Counted from the stretch's first letter, positions 17,181 to 28,755 are shown. The stretch: 64,000 nucleotides of DNA from Patescibacteria group bacterium (GCA_022703645.1 JAKLDG010000001.1:75756-139755), one strand, 5' to 3'. Notes: generated by a model not told the origin, from the letters alone. Program-made: numbers and translations.

Positions 17181-17370
17181 CTATTATTGCTATTTATTTT
17201 TATTTTATTGTAGCACAATTATACAAAAACAACCAGAAATGAGAAGGTATTTTTATTTATTGACTTTTAGCCATTTTTGCCTTAGAATATCTTATGTGCG
17301 AGATGCATCGCCGGTTTTTTTTATTTATAGCGATTCCTCGCATGGAATATAATTTATATAAAAGAAAAAA

Positions 17371-17850
17371 ATGCTAAGAATTAAATTAGTTAAAACAGGG
17401 AAAAAAGACCGTCCAACATGGCGCGTGGTTGTTGTTGAAAAAACTAGAACTGGCAAAGGCGCAGTTACTGACTATATTGGTAACTATAATCCGCATCTTC
17501 ATCCAAAGGAATTTAAACTCGATATAGAGAAATATGACAAATGGGTAGGCAGCGGTGCACAACCAACTGATACAGTAAAAAGATTAAAAGGGAAAATGAT
17601 TGATAAGACAAAAGATTATCAAAAGGAAGTTGAGATAAAGGTATATAAGAGCAAGAAACCAGAGGAAGCAAAGAAAGAAGCTCCAAAGCCGGCAGAGAAG
17701 AAGGAAGAAACTAAAGAGGAAATTGGAGAAATTAAGGGAGAACCGGTTGTAGAGGATGAAAATGTGCAGACTGAAAATGTAGAGGCGAACGGCGGTTCGT
17801 CTGAAGAAACAGTTGTTGAAGATAAAAAAGCTGAAGAGAAAGCCGAATAA
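17371..17850 (+). CDS. rpsP: 30S ribosomal protein S16 with a Lys/Glu-rich C-terminal extension
   Basis: MLRIKLVKTGKKDRPTWRVVVVE...NYNPH matches the S16 family. There are about 80 extra charged residues at the C-terminus. Confidence 0.9.
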   Translation: MLRIKLVKTGKKDRPTWRVVVVEKTRTGKGAVTDYIGNYNPHLHPKEFKLDIEKYDKWVGSGAQPTDTVKRLKGKMIDKTKDYQKEVEIKVYKSKKPEEAKKEAPKPAEKKEETKEEIGEIKGEPVVEDENVQTENVEANGGSSEETVVEDKKAEEKAE

Positions 17851-17951
17851 AAGTAGCTTTACATTTTTTTGCAGATTGCTACTATGAGTATAGTATCGGT
17901 ATCTGATCGATAGGGTCGAGCTACTACAAATAAAAATGTAGGATTAAAGAA

Positions 17952-18257
17952 ATGGAAGATATCAAACTTTTAGAAACGATAGTGAAAGCTATCGTTGCTA
18001 ATCCTGACAAGGTAAAGATTGAAAGAAAAGTTGATGAGATGGGAGTGTTGTTGGAGCTTTTGATCGATCCTTCTGATATGGGGACTATTATCGGAAAAGA
18101 AGGAAAGACGGCAAAAGCTTTAAGGACAATTCTAAGAGCTTTTGGCGCAAAAAACCAAGCTCGAATCAACCTCAAGATCATCGAGCCAGAAGGTTCTATG
18201 AGACCTCCTCGACCAGCTCCATCTGCGCTTGAGTCAGCGCTTAGCAATGATATATAA
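17952..18257 (+). CDS. KH-domain RNA-binding protein (KhpA/YlqC family)
   Basis: KH fold with GxxG (IIGKEGKTAKAL). It has the conserved position downstream of rpsP. Confidence 0.75.
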   Translation: MEDIKLLETIVKAIVANPDKVKIERKVDEMGVLLELLIDPSDMGTIIGKEGKTAKALRTILRAFGAKNQARINLKIIEPEGSMRPPRPAPSALESALSNDI

Positions 18258-18275
18258 TTTAAGAATTACAAATTA

Positions 18276-18304
18276 AAAATCCCTACACAAGTAGGGATTT
18301 TTAA
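18276..18304 (+). terminator. rho-independent terminator
   Basis: AAAAATCCCTAC-acaa-GTAGGGATTTTT. Confidence 0.8.
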
Positions 18305-18358
18305 TTTGTAATAAAAAAATCCCATTTTGATTTTGTGTTTTTAGTATATAATAAAATC

Positions 18359-18946
18359 ATGATAGCAAGTATAAGAGGTCAGGTAACATTAATCAAAGAA
18401 ACATATATAGTTGTCGAGACAGGTGGGATCGGCTACAAAGTTTTTGTTGCCGGTTCAGTGCTAACCGCGAGCCGTCTTGGCGAAGAAGTGTCGCTAAATA
18501 TTTACCACAATATTACCGAGAGTTCGCAAGCACTTTACGGTTTCCATACCACTGATGAGCAGGAATTTTTTGAAATGCTCTTAACCATAAATGGTATTGG
18601 ACCAAAAGTAGCAATTAGCGTCTTGAATGCTGCATCTCTGAACGATATTCGCGAGGCGGTGATATCAAATAACCCTGAAATTCTCACAAATATTTCCGGA
18701 ATTGGCAAAAAGACTGCCGAGAGGATAGTGTTGGAACTGAAAAATAAAATCACGATCGGTGATGTTCGCCCTATTGGTACGAAATCCATTGATGTCGGTT
18801 CGCATGCAAATATGGATGTCTATGAAGCTCTGATAAAACTCGGTTATAATGCAGTAGAAGCCAGAACGGCTCTGAAGATGGTTGATCAATCTATAAAAGA
18901 ACCGGAAAAGAAGCTTAAAGCAGCGTTGAAGAGTCTGGGGAGATAA
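18359..18946 (+). CDS. ruvA: Holliday junction DNA helicase RuvA
   Basis: OB-fold N-terminus (MIASIRGQVT) and two helix-hairpin-helix motifs (INGIGPKVA, ISGIGKKTAERI). The start is taken at the ATG at 18359, 6 nt after a TATATAAT -10 box; the longer ORF begins with GTG. Confidence 0.85.
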   Translation: MIASIRGQVTLIKETYIVVETGGIGYKVFVAGSVLTASRLGEEVSLNIYHNITESSQALYGFHTTDEQEFFEMLLTINGIGPKVAISVLNAASLNDIREAVISNNPEILTNISGIGKKTAERIVLELKNKITIGDVRPIGTKSIDVGSHANMDVYEALIKLGYNAVEARTALKMVDQSIKEPEKKLKAALKSLGR

Positions 18947-19094
18947 TAATATAAAATTTCCTTGTGTTTTTCTGATTTTTTTGCTAAAATGTTTATAACA
19001 ATCAATAATCCTTTTTCCTTGCATAACCAAGTGCAGGGCATTAGACCAAAGAAAGGACTCTTCTTCGCGTAAAGCTATGAAGGGTAAATATAAA

Positions 19095-19814
19095 ATGAAG
19101 CAGTACGAAATTACTTTTATTGTTAGTGAAAACTATAACGAAGACAAGGCGAAGTCAATCGCCAAAGAAGTTCGTGAGTTAATTGAATCTCGCGGCGGGA
19201 AAATAGAAAAAGACGTTTTTTGGGGCAAGAGAAAACTTGCTTATAAAATAGCCAAGAATACATTCGGCTATTATTTTGTTTTTGTATTTGTAATAGATAG
19301 TGTTAAAGTTAACTCGCTTAATCGAGATCTAAACCTGAATGAGAAAATTATGCGCTACTTGATTGGTGACTATATAGAAAATACATCATTCTTTGAAGAA
19401 GTCGGAACCAAGAAAAAAGAAGGTGGACAAAAACCGGACTTCAATAAATCAAGAAAGCAAGAAATCAACAAATCAAAGAAACGAGAAATCAAGGAAGAAA
19501 TTGAAGAAGTTCCAGTAGAGAAAGTTAAGGAGGAAGCTCCGGAAATTAAAATTGAGACCCCAGAAGTTATTGAAGAGCCAGTAGAAACCAAAGAGGAGAT
19601 TGAAGAAACAAAGGAAAAAATTCCAGAAGAAATTTCTGAAAAGAAATTAGAGGAAGAGGAAATTAAGGAAGTACCTGAAATTATTGAAGAGAAAAAAGAG
19701 GTTAAAGAGGAAAAAGAAGAAGAGGAACAGCCAAAGAGAAAGAAAATGACAGATGACGAGAGAAAAGCAGCTTTAGATGCAAAATTAGCAGAATTATTGA
19801 AGGATGAGGAGTAA
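19095..19814 (+). CDS. rpsF: 30S ribosomal protein S6 with a Glu/Lys-rich repetitive C-terminal extension of about 130 aa
   Basis: MKQYEITFIV...GKRKLAYKI is the S6 core. A long EEIKE-type tail follows. Confidence 0.85.
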   Translation: MKQYEITFIVSENYNEDKAKSIAKEVRELIESRGGKIEKDVFWGKRKLAYKIAKNTFGYYFVFVFVIDSVKVNSLNRDLNLNEKIMRYLIGDYIENTSFFEEVGTKKKEGGQKPDFNKSRKQEINKSKKREIKEEIEEVPVEKVKEEAPEIKIETPEVIEEPVETKEEIEETKEKIPEEISEKKLEEEEIKEVPEIIEEKKEVKEEKEEEEQPKRKKMTDDERKAALDAKLAELLKDEE

Positions 19815-19932
19815 GAAATTTTCATTTCTCAATTCTCAATTCACAATAAATTCTCAATGATTCAATGGTCAAATATTAAGAACTGCAAAATTGTAAAATT
19901 GATTGAAAATTGGAAATTGGAAATTGAAAATT
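19815..19932. repeat. MITE-like AT-rich palindromic repeat (TTTTCAA 7-mer family), full copy
   Basis: Left arm TTCTCAATTCTCAATTCACAAT; right arm GATTGAAAATTGGAAATTGGAAATTGAAAATT, the inverted repeat of the left arm. Nearly identical to the copy at 27393..27512, which is in inverse orientation. Confidence 0.8.
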
Positions 19933-19994
19933 AAAAAAAATTTAGATATATAACATTATTAGTAAGAGTTCCAAACAATTAGAAGGGAATTACT

Positions 19995-20489
19995 ATGTTG
20001 AGTTTAAATCGCGCGCAAATTATTGGGAATTTAACAAGAGATCCAGAACTTCGCTATACTCCAAATGGTCAGGCTGTCGCATCTTTTGCAGTAGCAACAA
20101 ACAGAGTCTGGGTAGATGCATCAGGAGAAAAGAAAGAAGCAGCAGAATTCCACGATGTAGTTACTTGGGGGAAATTAGCGGAAATCTGTGGGCAAATATT
20201 GTCTAAAGGCAGAAAAGTATATATTGAAGGACGTCTTCAAACTAGAACTTGGGAAGGCCAAGATGGGGTAAAGAGACAAAAGACCGAGATAGTTGCTGAA
20301 AACATGTTAGTTTTAGACAAGCCAAAAGAAGGGACTGCGGCAGGTAACGCATATGGCGCTGCAGCAAGCAATAGTGCTCCAGTTAGCGATCCAGGTATCG
20401 GGGGAGTTCCAATGCAAGACAGCAGCGCGTCAGTTGATGTGGGAATGAGTGGAAATGCAGAAGTAAACTTGGATGATATACCATTCTAA
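19995..20489 (+). CDS. ssb: single-stranded DNA-binding protein
   Basis: OB fold (RAQIIGNLTRDPELRYTPNGQ), a Gly/Ala-rich linker and the acidic C-terminal tail DDIPF. Confidence 0.9.
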   Translation: MLSLNRAQIIGNLTRDPELRYTPNGQAVASFAVATNRVWVDASGEKKEAAEFHDVVTWGKLAEICGQILSKGRKVYIEGRLQTRTWEGQDGVKRQKTEIVAENMLVLDKPKEGTAAGNAYGAAASNSAPVSDPGIGGVPMQDSSASVDVGMSGNAEVNLDDIPF

Positions 20490-20516
20490 AAATCACGAAG
20501 CGATTTTTAGAAAATA

Positions 20517-20590
20517 CTAATATCTAAATTCTAAATCCTAAATTTGAAAATTAGAATTTTAGATTTGTTTAGAGATTAGATATTAGTGCT
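20517..20590. repeat. AT-rich palindrome: CTAATATCTAAATTCTAAATCCTAAATTT, loop, AGAATTTTAGATTTGTTTAGAGATTAGATATTAG
   Basis: Seen directly, between ssb and rpsR. Confidence 0.6.
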
Positions 20591-20661
20591 TAGAATTTTG
20601 ACAGTTAACATTGATAAACAGTAATAAAGAAATAATCTTTTAGAAATAATAATATAATCGC

Positions 20662-20868
20662 ATGAAAAACAAAATTTGTGTTTTTTGTTCAAAAGGAATC
20701 AAAGAAGTTGATTATAAGCAGGTAGAAGTCTTAAAAAGATCCACTTCTTTTCTTGGAAAAATCGAAACCAGGAGAAGAACCGGTGCTTGTGCTTATCACC
20801 AAAGACGCCTTGCCCAAGCTATAAAGCGAGCAAGACATCTGGCTTTAGTTCCATATATAAACAGATAG
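20662..20868 (+). CDS. rpsR: 30S ribosomal protein S18
   Basis: CVFCSKGIKEVDYK...AYHQRRLAQAIKRARHLAL. It is in the conserved rpsF-ssb-rpsR cluster. Confidence 0.9.
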   Translation: MKNKICVFCSKGIKEVDYKQVEVLKRSTSFLGKIETRRRTGACAYHQRRLAQAIKRARHLALVPYINR

Positions 20869-20957
20869 AATATTAATAATCTCAAATGTAATATGTTAAA
20901 TGTTAAATCTCTGGTATGGTTTTGATATTTTACATTTAAGATCTAACATAAAAATTT

Positions 20958-21512
20958 ATGCAGATGACCGACCTGAAACCAGGTATCAAGATTGAATACA
21001 ACGGCGCTCCACACGAGGTAATAAGCGCCAATTTTTCGCGTTCTTCCCAATCAAAAGGATTTATGACGACCCGTTTGCGCAATCTAATTGCGGGCAATGT
21101 TTTTGAAGTAGTATTCCGCGATCGCGATACTATAAATGGGGTGGAAATGGATAAAAGAAAAACGCAGTTTCTCTATAAAGAAGGAGAAAACTTTGTTTTT
21201 ATGGATAATAACACATTTGAACAATTTGAAATAAAAGACAGCATTCTTGGTGAAAAAAGCGGTTTTCTGAAAGACGGAATGGATGTTGAAATAATGATTT
21301 ACAAAGATGCTCCAATTTCAGTAGAATTGCCAGCAAAGGTTACATTGAAAATTATTCAAACTGAACCTGGAATCAAATCTGCTACAGCTTCCGATGTCCG
21401 CAAACCAGCTATCGTAGAAACTGGTTATAAATTAACAGTTCCAGCATTCATAAACGAGGGCGATATGATAAGAATCAATACGAGTACTGGAGAATACGTC
21501 GAACGTGCGTAG
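20958..21512 (+). CDS. efp: elongation factor P
   Basis: Three-domain EF-P (KPGIKIEYNGAPHEV, KDAPISVELP, C-terminal OB domain). Confidence 0.85.
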   Translation: MQMTDLKPGIKIEYNGAPHEVISANFSRSSQSKGFMTTRLRNLIAGNVFEVVFRDRDTINGVEMDKRKTQFLYKEGENFVFMDNNTFEQFEIKDSILGEKSGFLKDGMDVEIMIYKDAPISVELPAKVTLKIIQTEPGIKSATASDVRKPAIVETGYKLTVPAFINEGDMIRINTSTGEYVERA

Positions 21513-21524
21513 GCACGTTCTAGT

Positions 21525-21571
21525 TTAAAGTTAAAAGTGTAAAGTTCAAAGTTTTGGAGTCGCTTCGCGAC
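21525..21571. repeat. Repeat family C: AAAGTTAAAAGTGTAAAGTTCAAAGTTTTGGAG plus hairpin GTCGC-TTCG-GCGAC
   Basis: Related copy at 8341..8392 with the hairpin GTGCC-TTCG-GGCAC; the stem differs by compensatory changes around the same TTCG loop. Confidence 0.65.
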
Positions 21572-21762
21572 GATATTAATAAAATACAAAAAAATGCTAA
21601 AAAAATTGCTGAATTTTTTGAAAAAACTTTTTAACTTCCAAGCTAGTTCATATAAAGGAAATCTGAAGGATAGACCAACTGATTTTATTGATGATTAATT
21701 GAAAAATGAAGTATTGTTAAAACTGTCTTTTTGAGGCGGTTTTTTTGTGCTATAATTTTCCT

Positions 21763-22944
21763 ATGGTAAATATACAAAACCCAGTTAGTTCAACCTGGAT
21801 TTTTGCTGTTATCTTTGGGATAGCGCTGATTTTTTCTATACGGCGCGACAAGCTGAGGGATTTTTTTCCTATTTCGACCACCGAAGAGTTGAAGGGGTTG
21901 GCAATTCTTACGGTTATATTTGGCCATATTGGGTACTTTCTTGTCTCAGACCAGAGGTTTCTCTATCCATTGTCAATTGCTTCCGGTGTCGGGGTTGATC
22001 TTTTTCTTTTTCTCTCGGGATTCGGATTAACAGTCAGTACACTAAAGAAAAGTACTTCTATTGCGAAATTCTACCTTAAAAGATTACCAAGATTATTTGT
22101 TCCTTTTTGGATCGTCTTGACACTGCTCTTTCTAATCGATTTTTTCTTTTTAAAGGTTTCCTATCCTTGGGATTATATAGTAAGATCTTTTTTTGGAATT
22201 TTTACCAGGGCAAACATCTATATAGATATCAATTCACCGCTGTGGTATTTCACGGTTATTTTGTTCTATTATCTGGTTTATCCAATGGTTTTTTCGAAAA
22301 AGGCACCTTGGGTTTCCGCGCTTGTTATTTACCTTATAACATATTTGGTAGTGTTCCAGATTAATCCTTCGGTGATTTCACAGGTAAAAAACCTTTATCA
22401 AGTACACCTTCTTGCCTTCCCTCTTGGAATTGTCGCGGGATGGGGTTACTACAAAAGGGGTGCGATCAACGACTGGATGGCAAATTTGGTTGATCAGTAC
22501 AAAGCAAAAAATAAGAAGTTTTTCAATTTAGCAGCGAAAATGGCAAGGATTTCTTCAGTCAGAAATCTAAAAAAGAACCTATTTATTTCTTTCCGCTATT
22601 TTATTATGGCTCTAATGATTGTTGCAATATTATATACTTCGGTAAATTCTGGTGTTGGCAACCTTGATATTGTCGGCTATATCAGTATGGTAACAGTGTT
22701 AGTAGTTTTTGCGCTATTTGTTTTAAAGAAAATCGATTTTAAACTGCTTAGCCTTTTAGGTGTTTACAGCTATGAAATATACTTATTACACTGGCCAATA
22801 CTCCTAAGATTCAATGGTCTCTATAAATGTTTCCCGGCATGGTTAGCAACAGTTCTTTACCTTTTGATATTCTTGAGCCTTGCATGGGTTTTGCATAAAA
22901 TTACAGAAAAAATCTTAAGAAGAAAACTAGTAAAGTTAAAATAA
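21763..22944 (+). CDS. acyltransferase family 3 (OafA-like) integral membrane protein
   Basis: About 10 transmembrane helices with an LKGLAILTVIFGHIGYF motif. The start is at the ATG 6 nt after a TGTGCTATAAT -10 box. Confidence 0.7.
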   Translation: MVNIQNPVSSTWIFAVIFGIALIFSIRRDKLRDFFPISTTEELKGLAILTVIFGHIGYFLVSDQRFLYPLSIASGVGVDLFLFLSGFGLTVSTLKKSTSIAKFYLKRLPRLFVPFWIVLTLLFLIDFFFLKVSYPWDYIVRSFFGIFTRANIYIDINSPLWYFTVILFYYLVYPMVFSKKAPWVSALVIYLITYLVVFQINPSVISQVKNLYQVHLLAFPLGIVAGWGYYKRGAINDWMANLVDQYKAKNKKFFNLAAKMARISSVRNLKKNLFISFRYFIMALMIVAILYTSVNSGVGNLDIVGYISMVTVLVVFALFVLKKIDFKLLSLLGVYSYEIYLLHWPILLRFNGLYKCFPAWLATVLYLLIFLSLAWVLHKITEKILRRKLVKLK

Positions 22945-23081
22945 GTTTATGGTTTCTATATTTAATTTGGCAAAAATAATTTCAAATTAGGCGATTTTTG
23001 TTTTGATAAAATATTATAGTCCCTCGGACTTACTCGGGACATTTTTATTCTTATGTAGTATAATTGTATTAAGGAGTAAAA

Positions 23082-23813
23082 ATGAAAAAACGCCTTGATA
23101 TGCTTGTTTTTGAAAAAGGATTAGCTGATTCTCGTGAGAAAGCTCAGCGACTAATTATGGCTGGGTCAATTTCGCTTAACGGCAAAAAAGAAACCAAACC
23201 TGGATCAAGGTTTGATGAAGATGCTAAGATTGAGGTTGTTGAAAAACAAAGATACGTAGGTCGCGGAGCAGAAAAGCTTGGGAAGGCTGCCAATGTGTTC
23301 CAAATCGATTTTAAAGGCAAAACAGTAGCTGACATTGGTTCATCAACCGGAGGTTTTACTGACTTCGCGCTTCAACATGGAGCCAAGAAGGTTTTTGCGA
23401 TAGATGTTGGTCGCGGCCAGCTGGCTTGGACGCTGCGTAACGACAAAAGAGTTGTGGTAATGGAGGAGACGAATTTTAAAGATGTGAAAGAGTTACCGGA
23501 GAGAATTGATATTTTTGTTATTGACGTGTCATTTATTTCGGTTAAAAGGATTTTAGAAAATATTTCAAAATATTTCAAAATATTTAATAATATTCAAATA
23601 ATATTACTTTTCAAACCACAGTTTGAAGCAGGCAAGGCGATTGCCGATAAATACAAAGGGGTAATAAAAGATCCTGATATTCATGAGAGTCTTCTCGCAG
23701 ATTTCCGACTCTGGTGTATAGAGAATGGGTTTGAGATACGTGGAGAGGTTGAATCGCCAATTAAAGGTAGCAAAGGGAACACTGAGTTTTTATTCCATTT
23801 AAAAATAATTTAA
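23082..23813 (+). CDS. tlyA: TlyA-family rRNA 2'-O-methyltransferase (S4 domain plus FtsJ fold)
   Basis: S4 RNA-binding N-terminus, SAM-binding DIGSSTGGFTD motif and an AAGGAG ribosome-binding site. It contains the in-frame low-complexity insert ENISKYFKIFNNIQII, encoded by a (CAAAATATTT)n repeat. Confidence 0.8.
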   Translation: MKKRLDMLVFEKGLADSREKAQRLIMAGSISLNGKKETKPGSRFDEDAKIEVVEKQRYVGRGAEKLGKAANVFQIDFKGKTVADIGSSTGGFTDFALQHGAKKVFAIDVGRGQLAWTLRNDKRVVVMEETNFKDVKELPERIDIFVIDVSFISVKRILENISKYFKIFNNIQIILLFKPQFEAGKAIADKYKGVIKDPDIHESLLADFRLWCIENGFEIRGEVESPIKGSKGNTEFLFHLKII

Positions 23814-23928
23814 TTTTCAATTTCCAATTTTCAGTTTTCAATAAATTTCCAATGATTCAATGAACCAATATTGAGAATTGCAAAATTATTACATTGATTG
23901 AAAATTGAGAAATGATAATTGAAAATTT
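23812..23928. repeat. MITE-like AT-rich palindromic repeat, diverged full copy
   Basis: AATTTTCAATTTCCAATTTTCAGTTTTCAAT...CATTGATTGAAAATTGAGAAATGATAATTGAAAATTT. It abuts the tlyA stop and the next gene's start. Confidence 0.75.
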
Positions 23929-24471
23929 ATGCTATTATATGCTTCAAAATTAGTCGGGAAAAACATTATCGATTCTTTAACGTTGCATAAAATTGGTACG
24001 ACCGGCAGTATTATAATTGACCCGAATAATGGTCAGGTATTGGCTTTTACTCTTAATAAAAAATTCTTTTGGGAGAAACCATTAATACTAACAATGCAGG
24101 ATGTCTCAGGGGCATATATAGATGGTATAGTAGTGAGAAGCATAGAAAGCATAGTTCCAATAGATGAGGTTGTGCGGGTAAAAAAGGTTTGGGATCAAAA
24201 GATTTTTCTACTAAAAGCTAGGGTTACTACGCAGAATGGTAATCGAATCGGCTATATTGAGGACTTTATTTTTGATACAGTAGATGGGCGTCTCGCAACG
24301 ATAGTCGTCAAGAAGTTGTTTTCAGGAGAGAGGAGAATTATAAATGCAAACCGAATTATTTCGATTGATAGATATGGTGTCGTAGTCCGCGATCTGCTTG
24401 GAAAAGTGGAATTCACGCCCTCGAGCAAAAAGATCAAGGGGGAGGTTGGTTTTTCTCCCGCGGTAGAATAG
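23929..24471 (+). CDS. PRC-barrel domain protein (two tandem PRC-like units)
   Basis: The pattern LVGKNIID...IGTTGSIIIDPNNGQVLAFTL appears twice, which is typical of the PRC barrel. Confidence 0.5.
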   Translation: MLLYASKLVGKNIIDSLTLHKIGTTGSIIIDPNNGQVLAFTLNKKFFWEKPLILTMQDVSGAYIDGIVVRSIESIVPIDEVVRVKKVWDQKIFLLKARVTTQNGNRIGYIEDFIFDTVDGRLATIVVKKLFSGERRIINANRIISIDRYGVVVRDLLGKVEFTPSSKKIKGEVGFSPAVE

Positions 24472-24476
24472 ATCTA

Positions 24477-25622
24477 TTATTTTGCTTTCTCTCTTTTCAC
24501 CTTTTCTGATAAAGATTTTATGATCTGTCCGAAAGATATCAGGAAGAATGCGAATATTATTATCCAACCGACTATCGGTATTAGACCCAAAATCATTGTT
24601 AGGATCGCACCGATTGCGCAAACCTTCCAATCGATAGGGTATTCTTTTGTTTTATTCATCTGCTTGGTTAGTAGACTACCGATTAGCAGTGAACTTAATA
24701 TTGAAGCGAGTATCAATAACGCGATGTAGATAAGCATGCAAATAATTCCGATGTTTGTTCCGATTGCCGAGAAAATCAAAGCGATAAAGATTACCGGGAT
24801 GATTATCAAGGAAATAAATCCCCAAACTAAGGCCGAAACTGGGCTTGATAGCGCTTTTTGTACGAAGCTCTTTGTTGGCTTAACGCTAAAATATGTGATT
24901 AGGAGCAGTGTCAGGAATAGAGAAATCAGTTTTAATAGGATACTAAATACCGCCATGCCTGTGGTCATCCCATAAATTTTATATTGTTTCTCAGTCTTTT
25001 TGAAATCAATTCCGCCGATGATCTTGGCGTTTGGAGATATAGTAGCTTCTTTGGTTGAAGAATAGATTAATTTACCGCCAATGACAGCGCCGTCTCCAAT
25101 CGTAAGGTTTGCTACACCATCAATCTGTAGGTCTTTTGCTATTTCTCCATTGATAACAATTTTTTCACCGATAACTCTGGCATTTCCAGAAACTTTTCCA
25201 TCGATATTTACCTGACTTCCTGCCGCCACCAAGTCGCCAAAAACGCCCGCATCCTTACTTAGTTTTACCGTTCCACCAACTGCAACCAAGTCTTCAGTAA
25301 CTTTGCCATTGACGATGACATTTCCACCGGCAACCCGGGCGCTTTGTCCGACGTCATTATTTAGTGTTACATTTCCACCAGCAGCAAGCAGGCCTTTTTC
25401 GATATTAGCGTTAATATCAATATTGCCGCCTGCGGTTACGAGATCGCCCAGTACGGCATTGCGGATATCAACATTTGAACCTGCGGTGTAAAGATTGCGA
25501 ACCTTATCATCTTTGCCCACGGTAACACTTCCAGTTTCATCCGGAGTTTTGAAATCAGCAGCAAATGCGATGCTTGGGATTAATAATAAAGAAAGGAACA
25601 CAGCGAAAAGAATCTTCTTCAT
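24477..25622 (-). CDS. secreted polymer-forming (bactofilin-like) beta-helix repeat protein with a C-terminal multi-transmembrane domain
   Basis: Signal peptide, then about 10 G-x-V-x-x-G-x-V repeats (DLVTAGGNIDINANI, DLVAVGGTVKLSKDA and similar), then four transmembrane helices. Confidence 0.5.
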   Translation of the reverse strand: MKKILFAVFLSLLLIPSIAFAADFKTPDETGSVTVGKDDKVRNLYTAGSNVDIRNAVLGDLVTAGGNIDINANIEKGLLAAGGNVTLNNDVGQSARVAGGNVIVNGKVTEDLVAVGGTVKLSKDAGVFGDLVAAGSQVNIDGKVSGNARVIGEKIVINGEIAKDLQIDGVANLTIGDGAVIGGKLIYSSTKEATISPNAKIIGGIDFKKTEKQYKIYGMTTGMAVFSILLKLISLFLTLLLITYFSVKPTKSFVQKALSSPVSALVWGFISLIIIPVIFIALIFSAIGTNIGIICMLIYIALLILASILSSLLIGSLLTKQMNKTKEYPIDWKVCAIGAILTMILGLIPIVGWIIIFAFFLISFGQIIKSLSEKVKREKAK

Positions 25623-25715
25623 TTTTGTTCTGTTAATAATAAAAATATGCTTAAGTTAGTGTTTTCTTGATTATACAGCATTGAAAAAGAGCTGTCAAAA
25701 ATACGGAAAATCAAA

Positions 25716-25745
25716 AGCCGCCGGTTTTTAATAAAACCGGCGGCT
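25716..25745 (-). terminator. intrinsic terminator downstream of groEL
   Basis: AGCCGCCGGTTTT-aat-AAAACCGGCGGCT, with a T-run on the minus strand. Confidence 0.75.
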
Positions 25746-25767
25746 GTTTTGTTCTTTAAATTAATTT

Positions 25768-27512
<1,745 letters not shown>

Positions 27513-27803
27513 TTACTTAATTATTGCTAATACATCCGACTCGGATAAAATGAATAGCTCCTCGTCTTCATTTTTTATAGCGGTAGGGGAATATTTCGTA
27601 AATAGAACTTTATCACCAACCTTGACTTCCATAGGAAGCAGTTTTCCTTCAGCTGTTATTTTTCCTTTTCCAACTGCAATTACCTCTCCTTTTTGCGGCA
27701 AGTCAGCAGATATGGTTTCCGGGATAACAATTCCCGATTTTGATTCTATTTTTTCCTTGATAGGGCGGACAACAATTTTGTCTTTTAGCGGTACGAGATT
27801 CAT
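27513..27803 (-). CDS. groS: co-chaperonin GroES
   Basis: MNLVPLKDKIVVRPIKEKIESKSGIVIPE... An AGGAGA ribosome-binding site is present. Confidence 0.95.
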   Translation of the reverse strand: MNLVPLKDKIVVRPIKEKIESKSGIVIPETISADLPQKGEVIAVGKGKITAEGKLLPMEVKVGDKVLFTKYSPTAIKNEDEELFILSESDVLAIIK

Positions 27804-27822
27804 GTGGTTCTCCTATAATCAA

Positions 27823-28755
27823 TTAATTATAATTTGATAAATCATGGATCACTTTATTCCAGTCCTTCGTTTGCAATCTTTTCCAATTATTAACATGAAA
27901 TTTTAAAAGATGGTCATTAAATATAACCGAAAATGGGTTTCCCAATTTTTCCTGTTTTTTTGCAATCATTTTCGTCTGCAAGTACCTAAAAAAGTTCTCA
28001 AAGATTTTTGGTTGGAAAAGCAGCGAAAGGGCATTCCTTACGGATTTTGCCAAAAGAGGCTGTCTGAAATTGATAAAATAATCGGTGATGAAATGGCTTG
28101 AATTTGGCAGATACTTTTTTATCCATTCATTTTCTTTTTTATATTTTTGAAAAGTCTTATCATAGTCTAGAATCGGCGCGTTTTCGGCAATCCAGAAGGG
28201 CAGGAAAAACTCTCTATCTTTTGGTGCCAAGTAATCGATATTCATCTCACTTTCTGATAAGTACATACTTAGGCATACTCTCTTGGCAACTTTTCTGCCC
28301 TGTCTTTTTAATCTGAAAATCCAAAGCAGTGTGCTTGAAAGAAGTTTTACAGTCCAAATCTTATCTTTTTGCGTAATGATTAAAAAATCAATATCACTAT
28401 CTTTATCACAATTAAATCGTGCCAGGGAATTATTTACAATAACTGATTTAATAAAAGGCAGATAAGATAAAATCCGCGCGGCACGAATAGCCCTATTCCA
28501 AAGCTTTTCCGAAATATCGTATCTTTTCTGGCGGATATCAAGATAGTGGCTCTTCCCTGGTAAAAAATAAAAACCATTTTTTTCTTCTATTTCTCCACGT
28601 CTAATCAATTCATCCAACCTCAAGATCACATGATCGATGGTCGCTTGGTAGCAAAAAAGATAGCGCCAGACTTCAAAAAAAGTTGGCGGGTGTTGGTAGG
28701 TATCAAAATAGTGTACCGTGAAAAGGATTGCTTGATCAATATTCGTGACTTTCAT
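27823..28755 (-). CDS. hypothetical protein with a nucleotidyltransferase-like motif
   Basis: DKDSDIDFLII resembles the GS-x(n)-[DE]-x-[DE] pattern of the Pol-beta-type nucleotidyltransferase fold. Otherwise unrecognised. Confidence 0.35.
   Translation of the reverse strand: MKVTNIDQAILFTVHYFDTYQHPPTFFEVWRYLFCYQATIDHVILRLDELIRRGEIEEKNGFYFLPGKSHYLDIRQKRYDISEKLWNRAIRAARILSYLPFIKSVIVNNSLARFNCDKDSDIDFLIITQKDKIWTVKLLSSTLLWIFRLKRQGRKVAKRVCLSMYLSESEMNIDYLAPKDREFFLPFWIAENAPILDYDKTFQKYKKENEWIKKYLPNSSHFITDYFINFRQPLLAKSVRNALSLLFQPKIFENFFRYLQTKMIAKKQEKLGNPFSVIFNDHLLKFHVNNWKRLQTKDWNKVIHDLSNYN

Noticed and set aside
19370-19825. 151-aa Ser-rich ORF antisense to the rpsF tail
   Set aside because: It is the reverse-strand reading of the GAA/AAG-rich repeat and is a compositional artefact.
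27804-27900. CIRCE (HrcA) operator upstream of groES
   Set aside because: No TTAGCACTC-N9-GAGTGCTAA inverted repeat is present. Only an AGGAGA ribosome-binding site and AT-rich sequence are seen.
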